Assembly (NCBI GenBank): GCA_050115495.1
Contig: JASFQK010000030.1
Coordinates: 21,255-85,254, forward strand
Direction: 5' to 3'
From: Phycisphaerae bacterium
GTDB taxonomy: Bacteria; Planctomycetota; Phycisphaerae; UBA1845; Fen-1342
DNA: 64,000 nucleotides
The notes under the pieces were generated by a model. That model had not been told where the DNA came from. It did not search any database and saw only the letters and a list, made by a program, of their open reading frames with translations. Shown one piece after another: positions 48,302 through 58,439 of this stretch. The position numbers were made by a program, and so were the translations under genes. Positions within the stretch are counted from its first letter, which is position 1, and each line of letters starts with the position of its first letter.

Positions 48302-49783
48302 GTGCTGAAGTTCGCGTGTTTCTCCCCCAACGGCGAGCCGCCCGACGGCAAGCTGCACGGCCTGCATTTGCTCGGCAACGACGGCGTCCCCGTCCGCGGC
48401 GAGTTGACCACGCGCAAGGGCGAGATCCGCTGCAAGCCGCGCACGCCGGACCCGGTCGCCCTCTCGCTGTTGTGGCCGGTCGAGGGGTTCGGCACGGTGC
48501 AACTGGAGACGACACGCCTGCCGCCGCGGGATGAACCGTACATTCTGAACCTGGAATTGGCCCGGCACCGCCTGATGCGCATCACACTGAAGCGTGAGGA
48601 GTGGGGGCTGTTCGACTATCGCGGTATGGAGGACATCAGCGAGCAGATCGACCAGGCCCGCCAGCGCTTCATCGAGGCCCTCCAGGCCGCGGATGATCCC
48701 CGCACTGCCGCCCGTCTGGCCGACGAGTCGCTGCAATCGAGCCTCTGGGCCGGCGAACGACTGTGCCAGTTCCACGCCGCCGTCTTCCTCGATCGCCGGC
48801 AGCAGGGCGGCGGCTTCGCCAGTCCGTTCCTCGGCACCGCGATCGCCCCGGGCACGCCCTCCGATCAGCTCAACGGCAACCTGCGCAGCGCCTTCGACTT
48901 CGTCTGTATCCCCTTCGTCTGGCGCGAAGTGCAGCCGAAAGAGCAGGACGTCCGGTTCGGCCCAATCGACGAATGGGTCAAGGCCTGCGCCGACGCCAAG
49001 CTCACGATGCGCGGCGGCCCGCTGCTGAACTTCGGCGTGCAAAGCGTCCCCGACTGGATGTACATCTGGGAAAACGACTTCGACACGATCCGCGACTACG
49101 CCCACGAGCACGTCCGCCGCTGCGTCGAGCGCTACGCCAACAAGATCCAGACCTGGACCGTCGCCAGCGGCCTGCACGCGGACAACGTCTTCTCGTTCAG
49201 TCTCGAACAGATCATGGAGATCACGCGGACCGCCGCTGGCGCCGTGCGCCAACTGGCTCCGCGGGCCCAGATCATCCTCGACCTGACGCAGCCCTGGGGC
49301 GAGTACTTCGCCCGCAACCAGCGCACCATCCCGCCCCTGCTCTATGCGGACATGGCGGCCCAAAGCGGCGTGAGCTTCGACGCCTTCGGCCTGCAATTCC
49401 TGTTCGGCATCAACAGCGACGGCTATCACCTCCGCGACTCGCTTCAGATCAGCGCCCTCATCGACAAGCTGGCCAATCTGGGCAAGCGTCTGCACGTGAC
49501 CGCGGTCGCCGTGCCCTCCGTCGACGACGCCCCCGGCTGCGGCCACGGCGGCCAGTGGCACGAACCCTGGACCGACGAGGCCCAGGCGACTTGGCTCAAC
49601 GAATTCTGCGAAATCGCCCTGTCGAAGCCCTACGTCGACTGCGTCTGTCTGCAAACGCTCACGGACCACCACAACGGCGCCATTCCGACCGGCGGTGTCT
49701 TCCGCGAGGACGCCAGTCCGAAACCCGCCTTCGAGACCCTCACCGAGCTCCGCCGCCGACTCCAGGCCGCTCCCAAGAAATGA
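48302..49783 (+). CDS. GH10-like TIM-barrel protein (catalytic glutamates apparently absent)
   Basis: WREVQP, GGPLL..PDW, FDAFGLQ, PKPAF; WTVASG and LHVTAV replace WDVVNE and ITE. Confidence 0.8.
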   Translation: MLKFACFSPNGEPPDGKLHGLHLLGNDGVPVRGELTTRKGEIRCKPRTPDPVALSLLWPVEGFGTVQLETTRLPPRDEPYILNLELARHRLMRITLKREEWGLFDYRGMEDISEQIDQARQRFIEALQAADDPRTAARLADESLQSSLWAGERLCQFHAAVFLDRRQQGGGFASPFLGTAIAPGTPSDQLNGNLRSAFDFVCIPFVWREVQPKEQDVRFGPIDEWVKACADAKLTMRGGPLLNFGVQSVPDWMYIWENDFDTIRDYAHEHVRRCVERYANKIQTWTVASGLHADNVFSFSLEQIMEITRTAAGAVRQLAPRAQIILDLTQPWGEYFARNQRTIPPLLYADMAAQSGVSFDAFGLQFLFGINSDGYHLRDSLQISALIDKLANLGKRLHVTAVAVPSVDDAPGCGHGGQWHEPWTDEAQATWLNEFCEIALSKPYVDCVCLQTLTDHHNGAIPTGGVFREDASPKPAFETLTELRRRLQAAPKK

Positions 49784-50157
49784 CCTCCGAACTGCCCCAA
49801 CGCCAGCATCGGCAACCGTGGGGCAGCGTGAGTCTCGGCGTCGCCCTGCTGCTGTGCCTGGCCCACGTTCCCGGCGTTATCGATTGGCAAAGCAGCCACG
49901 CCGGTCAACCTGCCGACACGGCCGACGTTCGGCTGCGGCTCGACCCCAACACCGCCACCGCCGACGAACTGGCCCTACTGCCCGGCGTCGGGCCGACCCT
50001 GGCCGCGAGAATCATCGAACACCGTGAATCCTGCACAACGCAACCGGCGTTCACAGCCGCCGACGATCTTGACTCCGTGCGCGGTTTCGGCCCCAAACGC
50101 GTCGCCGCCCTGCGCCCCTATCTGCGTTTCACGACACCACGGGAGGGCAACCCATGA
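49780..50157 (+). CDS. comEA: ComEA-like helix-hairpin-helix DNA-binding protein
   Basis: LDPNTATADELALLPGVGPTLAARII..VRGFGPK after an N-terminal TM; ATGA overlaps on both sides. Confidence 0.85.
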   Translation: MTSELPQRQHRQPWGSVSLGVALLLCLAHVPGVIDWQSSHAGQPADTADVRLRLDPNTATADELALLPGVGPTLAARIIEHRESCTTQPAFTAADDLDSVRGFGPKRVAALRPYLRFTTPREGNP

Positions 50158-51155
50158 ACACCCCGCCGATCCCCGTCGTCTTCGAGTCGCTGTTCAAGCC
50201 GAAACCCTGGGGCGGCCGCCAACTCGCCGACCTGTTCGGGAAACCGCTCCCGCCCGACGAGCCCATCGGCGAGTCGTGGGAGATCGTGAGCCTTCCCGGA
50301 AACGAGTCTCGCGTCCGCGGCGGCCCGCTGGCCGGCCGCTCGCTAAGCGAATTGCTCGATGCCTGGGACAATGCTCTCTGTCCCCCGGATGCTCGGGCGG
50401 ACGGCCGCTTCCCCCTTCTCATCAAGTTCCTCGACGCCCGAGAGAACCTCAGCGTGCAGGTGCACCCCAAGCCCCCTGAGGACGACCCGACGCGCTGGCG
50501 ACCCGGCATCAAGCACGAGGCCTGGTACGTCCTCGCCGCCGACCCGGGCGCCGAGCTGTTCATCGGGCTCCGGCCGGGCGTGACCCACGCCGACCTCGTC
50601 GAAGCAGCGAACACACCCCGCTCAGCCGAGCTGCTCCGCCGCTGGCCGGTGCAGGTCGGCGACTGCTACTACCTGCCCAGCGGCGTGATCCACGCCCTGG
50701 GCGCGGGCATCGTCGTGGCCGAAGTCCAGACCCCATCGGACGTTACGTATCGTCTATACGACTGGGACCGGCGCGGGACGGATGGTCAGCCCCGCGAGCT
50801 GCACCTCGATCAGGCCCTCGCGAACGTGCGGATGGATGTTCCGGATTCCGCGATCGTCCAGCCGCTTCGCCGTGGCGACCGGGCGTACGCAACCGCGGAC
50901 AGAATCACGACCTGCGAGCGGTTTCAGATCGAGCGTGTCCGCTTCGGCGCCGGCGAGCATCTGGAGCTCTCCCGGCCCGCGATGGTCATATGGATCGTGC
51001 TCGCCGGCGCCGGCACGCTGCGCCGAGAGGGGGTTGAGACAGCGTTTTCCATGGGCGACACGATCCTGATACCGGGAGCTGGTGCGACGCGGGTCGAGAT
51101 CGGTGCGGCCGCGGAAGTGCTGGAAGTATCGCTGCCGGGCGCACACGACTCGTAA
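50154..51155 (+). CDS. manA: Type I mannose-6-phosphate isomerase
   Basis: KPWGG, GESWE, FPLLIKFLDA..LSVQVHP, KHEAW, HALG, EVQTPSDVTYRLYDW. Confidence 0.9.
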   Translation: MNTPPIPVVFESLFKPKPWGGRQLADLFGKPLPPDEPIGESWEIVSLPGNESRVRGGPLAGRSLSELLDAWDNALCPPDARADGRFPLLIKFLDARENLSVQVHPKPPEDDPTRWRPGIKHEAWYVLAADPGAELFIGLRPGVTHADLVEAANTPRSAELLRRWPVQVGDCYYLPSGVIHALGAGIVVAEVQTPSDVTYRLYDWDRRGTDGQPRELHLDQALANVRMDVPDSAIVQPLRRGDRAYATADRITTCERFQIERVRFGAGEHLELSRPAMVIWIVLAGAGTLRREGVETAFSMGDTILIPGAGATRVEIGAAAEVLEVSLPGAHDS

Positions 51156-51477
51156 CGCCCCCTTCCCCGCGGGCCGTTCCGTGCCGTAGGTGGCACGCCA
51201 GCCGCCACTTGCAATCGCGCTGGGCGCAGCGTATGCTAGCCATTGGGAATGTTGTCGGTGCGCTAGGATTCTGCGGCGGACTGGTCATGCTCACGGGCGG
51301 CCGGGCCGGCGTTGAACGGGCGCGACGACGACCGTATATCGTGAAGCGAGTGGAATGGACCACGCTTTCGGCGAGTGCCGGTGGCTTGGGAGTTGGGAGA
51401 GGTCTTGTGTCCGAGATGCGGCCCCGTTGTCAGGGCGCCGTGCCTCACACGGGCCGATTCTTGCATCGGAGGACCTG

Positions 51478-51786
51478 ATGAATAGATGGACACGCGGCGC
51501 GGCGGTGAACAGCAAGCTGATTATTGCTCTCGTTGTGCTGGTCCTCGTCGTCGGCGGCTACTGGGTGATGTCGTGGCGCAGCAAGGCGGCGGAGAAGGCG
51601 AAATACCAGGGAGACGCTAACACCGTCTACAAACTCTACTGCCCACAGTGGGACGAGCCGCGCGAGTACACCAAAGAAGAAGCGCTGAAGCTGAAGAGCG
51701 AAGGCAAAAAGATAGAGAACCCCGAGACGGGCGTCTGTGATTGCAGTTGGACGAAGCCCCGGGGCGACGTGATCTCGGTTCCGTAG
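51478..51786 (+). CDS. Small membrane-anchored hypothetical protein
   Basis: GGAGG RBS, TM helix, Cys-containing C-terminus; upstream of the prepilin-type gene. Confidence 0.65.
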   Translation: MNRWTRGAAVNSKLIIALVVLVLVVGGYWVMSWRSKAAEKAKYQGDANTVYKLYCPQWDEPREYTKEEALKLKSEGKKIENPETGVCDCSWTKPRGDVISVP

Positions 51787-51888
51787 CAACGCTGAGCCGG
51801 TCCGGATACCGGAACCCGCGGCCGAACTGAGCCGGCAATAATCACTGGAATTGAGGGAGCCGAGCCCGCTCCCTCAGGAGAGCAAATT

Positions 51889-52950
51889 ATGTCCCCTGTG
51901 TTTCGCAAGAAGGCCTTTACCCTGATTGAGCTGCTGGTGGTCGTGGCGATCATCGCGCTGCTCATCTCCATCCTGCTGCCCAGCCTGAGCCAGGCCCGCG
52001 AGCAGGGCAAGAAGGCCGTGTGCATGTCGAACCTCAAGTCGATCGCCCAGGCCTCCCACGCCTACGCCGCCGACGACGTACGCGAGCAGCTCGTCCCGCT
52101 GCACATCTCGCACGTGTCGAGCACGTCGTCCCAGGGCTTCGGGGCCGAGTGGTCGTGGCGCACGGCCGCCCCGTACGCTTACGGCGGCCGCACGCCGACC
52201 AAGCCGTTCACCGGCAACGGCGGCAACACGGAAATCATGATGGACGAGGATGGCATCTGGGCTGCCCACACGCGTCCGCTCAACCGGTACGTCTACGGCG
52301 ACATCGACCAGGCGGACTCGAAGAAGCTCGAGATGTACCACTGCCCATCGGACAAGGGCTATCCGGACAACGACCGTTGGGTGCAGGACGCCCCGCCCGA
52401 TTGCGCCGAGATCCCGCTGTACGACATGCTGGGCAACGGCTACCGCATCAACACGTGCGGCCTGGGCTGGACGCAGGGCAACCAGGACGCCGGCTCCGTG
52501 TCGGTCAGTGCCTGGGGCCACGCGGCCTCGACCGTCGACAACCCCTCTCGGACGGTTCTCTACTCCGAGCCGCTGTTCTACAACTTCAGCCGCCAGGAGT
52601 CCGGCGAAGATCCGACGCTCGTTCCCATTGAGGGTTGGCACCGTCGCGTGATGTCGGACAACGTCGCCTACTGCGATGGCTCTGGAAAGATGACCCGCGT
52701 GGATCAGCTCTCGAAGTTCGACGGCGTGACGATCGGCGCGATGAACGTGACGCGGGCGTTTGACTGGACCTACTTCCTGCGTCGTGGCCGCACGTGGCAA
52801 ACGGACTGCTACCCGTCGCCCGGCGCTCTGATCCAGATCTACAACCCCAACGGCTCGCTGTTCTTCGATGCCGCTGGCTACATTGCCACCTCGGGCTACC
52901 GCGGCTGGCCGTTCGACGGCATTCGCGCGAACACGTCGCCCAACAACTAG
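51889..52950 (+). CDS. Prepilin-type N-terminal cleavage/methylation protein (DUF1559-like)
   Basis: AFTLIELLVVVAIIALLISILLPSL..AR, CMSNLK, CPSD, H...NVAYCDG. Confidence 0.9.
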   Translation: MSPVFRKKAFTLIELLVVVAIIALLISILLPSLSQAREQGKKAVCMSNLKSIAQASHAYAADDVREQLVPLHISHVSSTSSQGFGAEWSWRTAAPYAYGGRTPTKPFTGNGGNTEIMMDEDGIWAAHTRPLNRYVYGDIDQADSKKLEMYHCPSDKGYPDNDRWVQDAPPDCAEIPLYDMLGNGYRINTCGLGWTQGNQDAGSVSVSAWGHAASTVDNPSRTVLYSEPLFYNFSRQESGEDPTLVPIEGWHRRVMSDNVAYCDGSGKMTRVDQLSKFDGVTIGAMNVTRAFDWTYFLRRGRTWQTDCYPSPGALIQIYNPNGSLFFDAAGYIATSGYRGWPFDGIRANTSPNN

Positions 52951-53185
52951 GCGGCACCGCGAATCGGGCTTGAATTCCACCGCGGCGCCGGTCGGCCCCT
53001 TGGGTTCGTCCGGCGCCGCGTCTGTTGCGCCCCCCCCGCGTGCGGCCCTGCCGCTCAAGCCCCGCTCCGACCACCGCCGATAATCACATAGAACTGCACG
53101 CTGACCCGGCGAGGCCCCCGGCCCATCGAGCCCGGCGAGCCATGCACCACGCCGGGCCCCGTAGCGGCTCACGGAGGAGCCTGCC

Positions 53186-54802
53186 ACGAACCCCCGGCAC
53201 CAGAAGCAACCCGCTCCGCGACGCCGACGACGTTCACTGTCCGCGTGGGTCCTCGTCGCCGCCGCTCTCGGAACCGTCCCTGCCGCCGCCCAGCTCAGTC
53301 CCGACTCGTGGTGGCCGAAATTCCAGCGTGACGTCCGCAACTCCGGCAGCGTCCCGTTGCCCGGTTTCGCCGCCGACATGCACGTCGTCTGGGCCACGCA
53401 GTTGAGCCCGCCCGTCGGCGCCACGCCCGGCGAGAACCACGCCACGCCCGTTCTCTCCCCGGACAACACCCGGCTGTACGTCGGTGGCCCCAACTCGAAG
53501 CTGTCCGCCGTCGACGCTGTCGACGGCACGCTCCTCTGGACGCTCACGCTCGGCGACGGCACCGGCACGATCCTGCAAACCGCCGCCGTCGCCGCCGACG
53601 GCACGCTCTACGTCGGCGTCTGGGACAACACCTCGCCGTACGACGGCTTCTGCAAGATCCGCGACGAGGGCGATCACGGCACGATCGTCTGGACGTTCCC
53701 GCTCCGCCGCGCCCTGGCGAGCCCGACCATCACCCCCGACGGACTCATCATCGTCGGGGGCGAGCATCAGACGCTCGGCTGGCAGCACTACGCTCTCACC
53801 GACCTCGGCGACACATACGAAATCACGTGGTCCGCCGCCGCCGACACAACGAGTAGTGCCCGCATCGGCGGCACACCGGCGCTCTCGCCCGACGGCGACT
53901 GGCTCTTCGCCGCCACCTACAAGAACCAGACGTTCTGGCAGCTCGACGCCGCGACCGGCGACGTCACCGTGCAGCAGCCGCTCGATTACTACTGCCTCGC
54001 CCCCAGCCCGGTGGTCAACGCCGCGGGCTGCGCTTTCATCGGCGAGGGCATGAGCACGCAGACACCCGACGACCAGACGCAGGGCAAGCTCTACGCCTTC
54101 GAGCCGGACGCCGGCGGCGTCGTGCAATTGCTCGGCAGCCTCCCGTTGCTCGCCGGTCACCTCAACGGCGGCACCGCGGCCCTGCGCGAGCGACTCGACG
54201 GCACGACCCGGCTCTACGTTCCGGCCAACGGCTACGGCAAGACCAGCGCCAAGCTCATCGCCGTCGACTTTGATCCCGAAGCCGCCCATGGCGAACCGCC
54301 CACGTCCGGACTGACCAAAGTATGGGAGGTCCCGCTCGGCACGTCCGTGCGCACGTACCCGCAGGCCGTCGTCACGGCCGACCGTCTCGTCTACGTGCTC
54401 GGGCCCGTTAACCATCAGCTCTACGGCATCCGCGACGCCGACGATGAAGGCCGCACGCTCTGGACGGTCCCGCTCACGACGATCACGCGCGTCACCGGCT
54501 GGCAGCCGGGCACCGCGGTCGGCCCGCAGGGCGTCACCGTCGGCCCGGACGGCACGCTCTACTGGCACGCGATCGACGGCTATCTCTACGCCCTGCGCGG
54601 CTGGATCTCCGGCGACCTCGACGGCGACGGCGAATTGACGACGCTCGATCTGCACTTCATGGCCATCGCCCTCGTCGATCCCGCGCAGTTCGCCGTGCGC
54701 TTTCCCGAGATCGACATCAACGTCGTCGGCGATCTGACCGGCGATGAGCGTGTCAACTTCTTCGATCTCAATCGCCTCATCGAAGTGCTCGCCGGCGAGT
54801 AG
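53186..54802 (+). CDS. Secreted PQQ/BamB-like beta-propeller protein with dockerin-like tail (probable non-canonical ACG start)
   Basis: The frame is open from the TAG at 53162-53164. The signal peptide and WPKFQRDVRNSG lie upstream of the first TTG (53357); GGAGGAG-N6-ACG at 53186; GDLDGDG/GDLTGD repeats. Confidence 0.8.
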   Translation, partial: TNPRHQKQPAPRRRRRSLSAWVLVAAALGTVPAAAQLSPDSWWPKFQRDVRNSGSVPLPGFAADMHVVWATQLSPPVGATPGENHATPVLSPDNTRLYVGGPNSKLSAVDAVDGTLLWTLTLGDGTGTILQTAAVAADGTLYVGVWDNTSPYDGFCKIRDEGDHGTIVWTFPLRRALASPTITPDGLIIVGGEHQTLGWQHYALTDLGDTYEITWSAAADTTSSARIGGTPALSPDGDWLFAATYKNQTFWQLDAATGDVTVQQPLDYYCLAPSPVVNAAGCAFIGEGMSTQTPDDQTQGKLYAFEPDAGGVVQLLGSLPLLAGHLNGGTAALRERLDGTTRLYVPANGYGKTSAKLIAVDFDPEAAHGEPPTSGLTKVWEVPLGTSVRTYPQAVVTADRLVYVLGPVNHQLYGIRDADDEGRTLWTVPLTTITRVTGWQPGTAVGPQGVTVGPDGTLYWHAIDGYLYALRGWISGDLDGDGELTTLDLHFMAIALVDPAQFAVRFPEIDINVVGDLTGDERVNFFDLNRLIEVLAGE

Positions 54803-54869
54803 CATAGCGCCGCAGTCACCGGTGGGCGCATCCGCGCATCTCCTGTAGACTCCCCATGTTGAGCCGAAG

Positions 54870-55182
54870 CACCGTAGCGGTCGGGCTCCGTACCGAGCGC
54901 CCCGTAGCGTTGGCCCCCCGTGGCCAATGTCTTCCGTAGCGGCCGATCCCGGCGCGCCGGGATGTCGGCCGTCGATTGCGGGAAACACCTGGCGCGCAGT
55001 CCATCCGAGCCGCGACCGGCAGGAAACGATTTGTCCCGAAGCGGGGCCGTGTCGCGCGGGCGACCCCGCGCTGCCGCTTGGGGCTCGGACAGACGCCGCC
55101 GTAGCCGTAGCGTCGGCCCCCCGTGGCCGACGTTGATCGCCGGAAGACCACCGCCTTGGTGGACAAGCCACCGCTGGCACTC
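54870..55182. repeat. Cluster of GTAG-flanked REP-like palindromes
   Basis: GTAGCGTTGGCCCCCCGTGGCCAATG, GTAGCGGCCGATCCCGGCGCGCCGGGATGTCGGCCG, GTAGCGTCGGCCCCCCGTGGCCGACG; inverted copy of the GTGCCA..GGTGGCTTGTCCACCA unit. Confidence 0.8.
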
Positions 55183-55209
55183 ACTTGTCACCTCCTGACG
55201 GAGAAGACC

Positions 55210-58200
55210 ATGAAATCCGTCATTGCCACCGCCTGTTGCTGTCTGTGGGCCCTGTTGGTCGCCACCTCGCCGGCGCAACCGCCCGAGTCGGCGGCGTCCG
55301 CCCCGGCCAACGGCCCCACCGCCACAACGGACCCCCTCCTGCTCGCACCGCCCAAGACCGTCGAGGACACTGCCGCCCGCGCCGCCCTCGCCCGCGAGCG
55401 GATGGCGAACTGGCAGGCCGCCACGCAACCGGCCACGCAGCCAACAGATGAACCGGCGCAGCGTCTTCTCGCCGCCCGTGCCGCCCTCTATCGCGAATGG
55501 GAGGCTTATCTCACCGAGCTCGAACGGCTGTCCGCCCTTCAGGAGAGCCTGACCACGCTCGCCGGCGAGCAGCGCGTCCAGGAAGTCGCCCGCAAGATCG
55601 AGGATCTCGAGAACAAGACCGCCGCCGTCGAAGCCGCTCCGCCGCCCGTGGTCGTGAGCGAAGACGAGCTGGCCGGCGTGACGGCGGAGCACAAACAGTA
55701 CGACGGCGAGCTCGCCGCTCTCAACGAGCTAGCCGCTCGTCGTCAGGCGCAGCTCACCACCGGCTTCAAGGAGCAGCGTGCCCGCCTCACGGCTGAACTG
55801 GAGCGGCTGCGGACCGCGCGGCAGACGCTGCAAGCGTCGATCGACGCCGGCACCACCACCGCCCCCGCCGAACGTGAATCGTCCGCGCTCGAACGCCGGC
55901 GACTCGACGTGCAAATCGCCGCCGTCGAGCTCACCGGCCAGGCGCTGACCTTCGAGCAGGAGCAGACTGAGCTGTTGCAGAAGCAGGACGAGCGGCTGCT
56001 CGAAGCCCTGCGCCGCTACGTGGGTACACTGCGGCAGCGCGTCTCCGCGCTGAACGAGGCCAAGCGCCGCAGCGTGCTCGATATCATCAAGATCAAGCGG
56101 ACGCGGACGACCGTCCCGCACGAACTGGCCTTGCTCGACCTCCAGTACTTCAAGGAAGACCTGCTGCTGTCGTTCTTCGAGAACCGCGAGCGGCGCGAGG
56201 CCCTCCAGGAACGCTTCACCGTCAACGACCTGACCCGCCTGCACGAGCGCATCAGCCTGTCGGCCGCCACCTGGAACGAGGCCGTCAGCGACCTGTCGCA
56301 GCGCAGCGGCCAGGAAACCATCGCCTTGCGCGCCGACGTGCGGGAGGAGCAGCGCAGCTTCGAGGCCGAGCTAACCCACCTGCATACGCTGCTGGCCGAG
56401 ACGCTCGACGAGCTGCACCAGATGCAGACCGTGCGCGAACGAGCCACCGACCACTTCCGTCAGTTGCAGAACACGCTGTCCGACCGCCTGCAAGCCGTCG
56501 ATTCCGCCGAGCGCACGCGCATCGAAACCGAGGCCACGGCGCTGCGCTCGAAGATGGATGAGTCGATGAAGGCCATGATCGCTGAAGCGCAGGATCTGCG
56601 CCAGCGCCTCGATCAGGCCGTCGAGGAGACCACTGCCCACGTCGCCACGCTCGCCGACGCCGAGCACAAGCTCTACTGGATCGCCCTCGGCCGCCGCGAG
56701 TCGGGTCTGGCCGACCTCGACTGGGGGCTGCTGCGCCACGAGTGGGGGCAGCTCGTCAGCGGCGGGCACGCCGCCGACGCCGACAAGCCGGCCGTGCTCG
56801 CCGAACTGCTCGAACCGCCCGACGACGTCCGCACGAAGCTCGGCGCCCAGCTTCAGGCCATCCGCGACGACCTCCGCAATGTCGGTGGCATCGACTGGCT
56901 GCTGGCCGCCATCGTGCTGATCGTGTCTGGTGCCATCGGCTGGTTCATCCGCCACGCCGCCCGAACTCAGGCCGAAGGCGTTCGCGCCCGGCTGGCGGCC
57001 GAAACGGTCGAACCCGCCGACGGCACCCCCGCCCGCCAGTTCAGCGCCCGCCTGCATCTGCTCTGGTGGCGGTTGCTGCGGGACCTCGGCGTGGTGGCGG
57101 GTATTGCGTTCGGCGCGTGGCTGGCGGCAGCCCTGATCGAACTGCCGCCGCGCACACGCTGGCCGGGCGTCGCCGTGCTCGGCTCATTGCTCGGTGTATA
57201 TGCCCTGCTCGTGCTGCTCCGCCGGCTGTTTGACCCGGAGGAGCGGCAGCGCGTGATGCCCTGCGACGACGTCGTCGCCCGGCACTACCGCCGCTGGGGC
57301 GAAGCGCTGTTGATCTTCACGCTGGTTCTCGTGCCGCTACTGGCGTTTCTGACCACGGCCGCGACCGCTCCTGGAACACGCCAGCTGCTGTGGGAATTGT
57401 GGAAGAGCGGCGTGCTGGCTCTGCTCGCCGGCTTCCTGCTGCGCCGGCGGCGCGTCATGGGCGCCGACGCCGCCGGCGGTGCAACCTGGCGGCACGCCCT
57501 GCTCGCCGCCGGCTATCCCCTGCTGTTCCTCGGCGTGCTGGCGCTCCTGATCCTCCAGGTGATCGGCTACGGTCTGCTCGTCGAATACGTATGCGTCGGC
57601 GTGCTCAGCAGCCTGGCCATCCTGGTGCTCGTTCTCGGCACCGTCGAGTACGTGTGCGACCTGCTGGACGGTCTGCAACAACAGCGGACGCCCGCCACGC
57701 AGGCCCCGCGCATGTTGAAGACGCTCCTGCGCCTCGTCGGTCTGGCCGCCATCGTCATCCTCATCGTGCACGTCTGGGGCGGACGCGGTTACCTCCGGCA
57801 ACTCACCTGGCAACAGATTGCGTTCTTCCTGGCCGCAGTCGTCGCGGCCCTGGTGGTCGACCGCCTGGTGCTCACGGCATTGTTCGCTCTGCGAACCTCG
57901 GGCCAACTGCCGGAGAGCACGTCGAACATGATTCGTCGCTGGACGCGCGGCCTGCTGACGACGGCCGTAGTGTTCTTCGTCATCGCCCTCGCGGGGGCGC
58001 CGGTTGGAATGCTGTGGGCGCCACTCTCCGCGCTGTTCGCTATGGTGGCCGTTGGTTTCATCGCCGTCTGGAGCGTGTTGAGCAACATCCTGGCGACGCT
58101 GATCATCCTCATCTGGCGGCCGTTCAATGTGGGCGAGGAGATCGAGATCCAGCCGGACGGCATCGCCGGCACGGTCATCGATATCAACTTCATGTTCACG

Positions 58201-58344
58201 CTGTTGAGGGGGGAGGGCGGAACGCGTACGACGGTGCCGAACTCGCTGTTCGTGCAGAAGTTCGTCCGCCGGCACAAGGTCATCGCCCGCCCCCGGCGTT
58301 CACTCGCCGAGCAGCTCGTCGCCGACCGCCCCGCCAACGACTGA
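55210..58344 (+). CDS. Large mechanosensitive channel (MscS family, MscK-like architecture)
   Basis: Signal peptide, long coiled-coil region, about 11 TMs, LSNILA..RPFNVGEEI..GTVIDI..TVPNS. Confidence 0.85.
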   Translation: MKSVIATACCCLWALLVATSPAQPPESAASAPANGPTATTDPLLLAPPKTVEDTAARAALARERMANWQAATQPATQPTDEPAQRLLAARAALYREWEAYLTELERLSALQESLTTLAGEQRVQEVARKIEDLENKTAAVEAAPPPVVVSEDELAGVTAEHKQYDGELAALNELAARRQAQLTTGFKEQRARLTAELERLRTARQTLQASIDAGTTTAPAERESSALERRRLDVQIAAVELTGQALTFEQEQTELLQKQDERLLEALRRYVGTLRQRVSALNEAKRRSVLDIIKIKRTRTTVPHELALLDLQYFKEDLLLSFFENRERREALQERFTVNDLTRLHERISLSAATWNEAVSDLSQRSGQETIALRADVREEQRSFEAELTHLHTLLAETLDELHQMQTVRERATDHFRQLQNTLSDRLQAVDSAERTRIETEATALRSKMDESMKAMIAEAQDLRQRLDQAVEETTAHVATLADAEHKLYWIALGRRESGLADLDWGLLRHEWGQLVSGGHAADADKPAVLAELLEPPDDVRTKLGAQLQAIRDDLRNVGGIDWLLAAIVLIVSGAIGWFIRHAARTQAEGVRARLAAETVEPADGTPARQFSARLHLLWWRLLRDLGVVAGIAFGAWLAAALIELPPRTRWPGVAVLGSLLGVYALLVLLRRLFDPEERQRVMPCDDVVARHYRRWGEALLIFTLVLVPLLAFLTTAATAPGTRQLLWELWKSGVLALLAGFLLRRRRVMGADAAGGATWRHALLAAGYPLLFLGVLALLILQVIGYGLLVEYVCVGVLSSLAILVLVLGTVEYVCDLLDGLQQQRTPATQAPRMLKTLLRLVGLAAIVILIVHVWGGRGYLRQLTWQQIAFFLAAVVAALVVDRLVLTALFALRTSGQLPESTSNMIRRWTRGLLTTAVVFFVIALAGAPVGMLWAPLSALFAMVAVGFIAVWSVLSNILATLIILIWRPFNVGEEIEIQPDGIAGTVIDINFMFTLLRGEGGTRTTVPNSLFVQKFVRRHKVIARPRRSLAEQLVADRPAND

Positions 58345-58439
58345 CGTAGCGTCCGGCTCAAGGCTCAAGGCTCAAGGCCTGCAACTTCTGGCTGACGGCT
58401 TCCCCACAATGACCACCACGCCCCAGTACGCCTCTTCTC

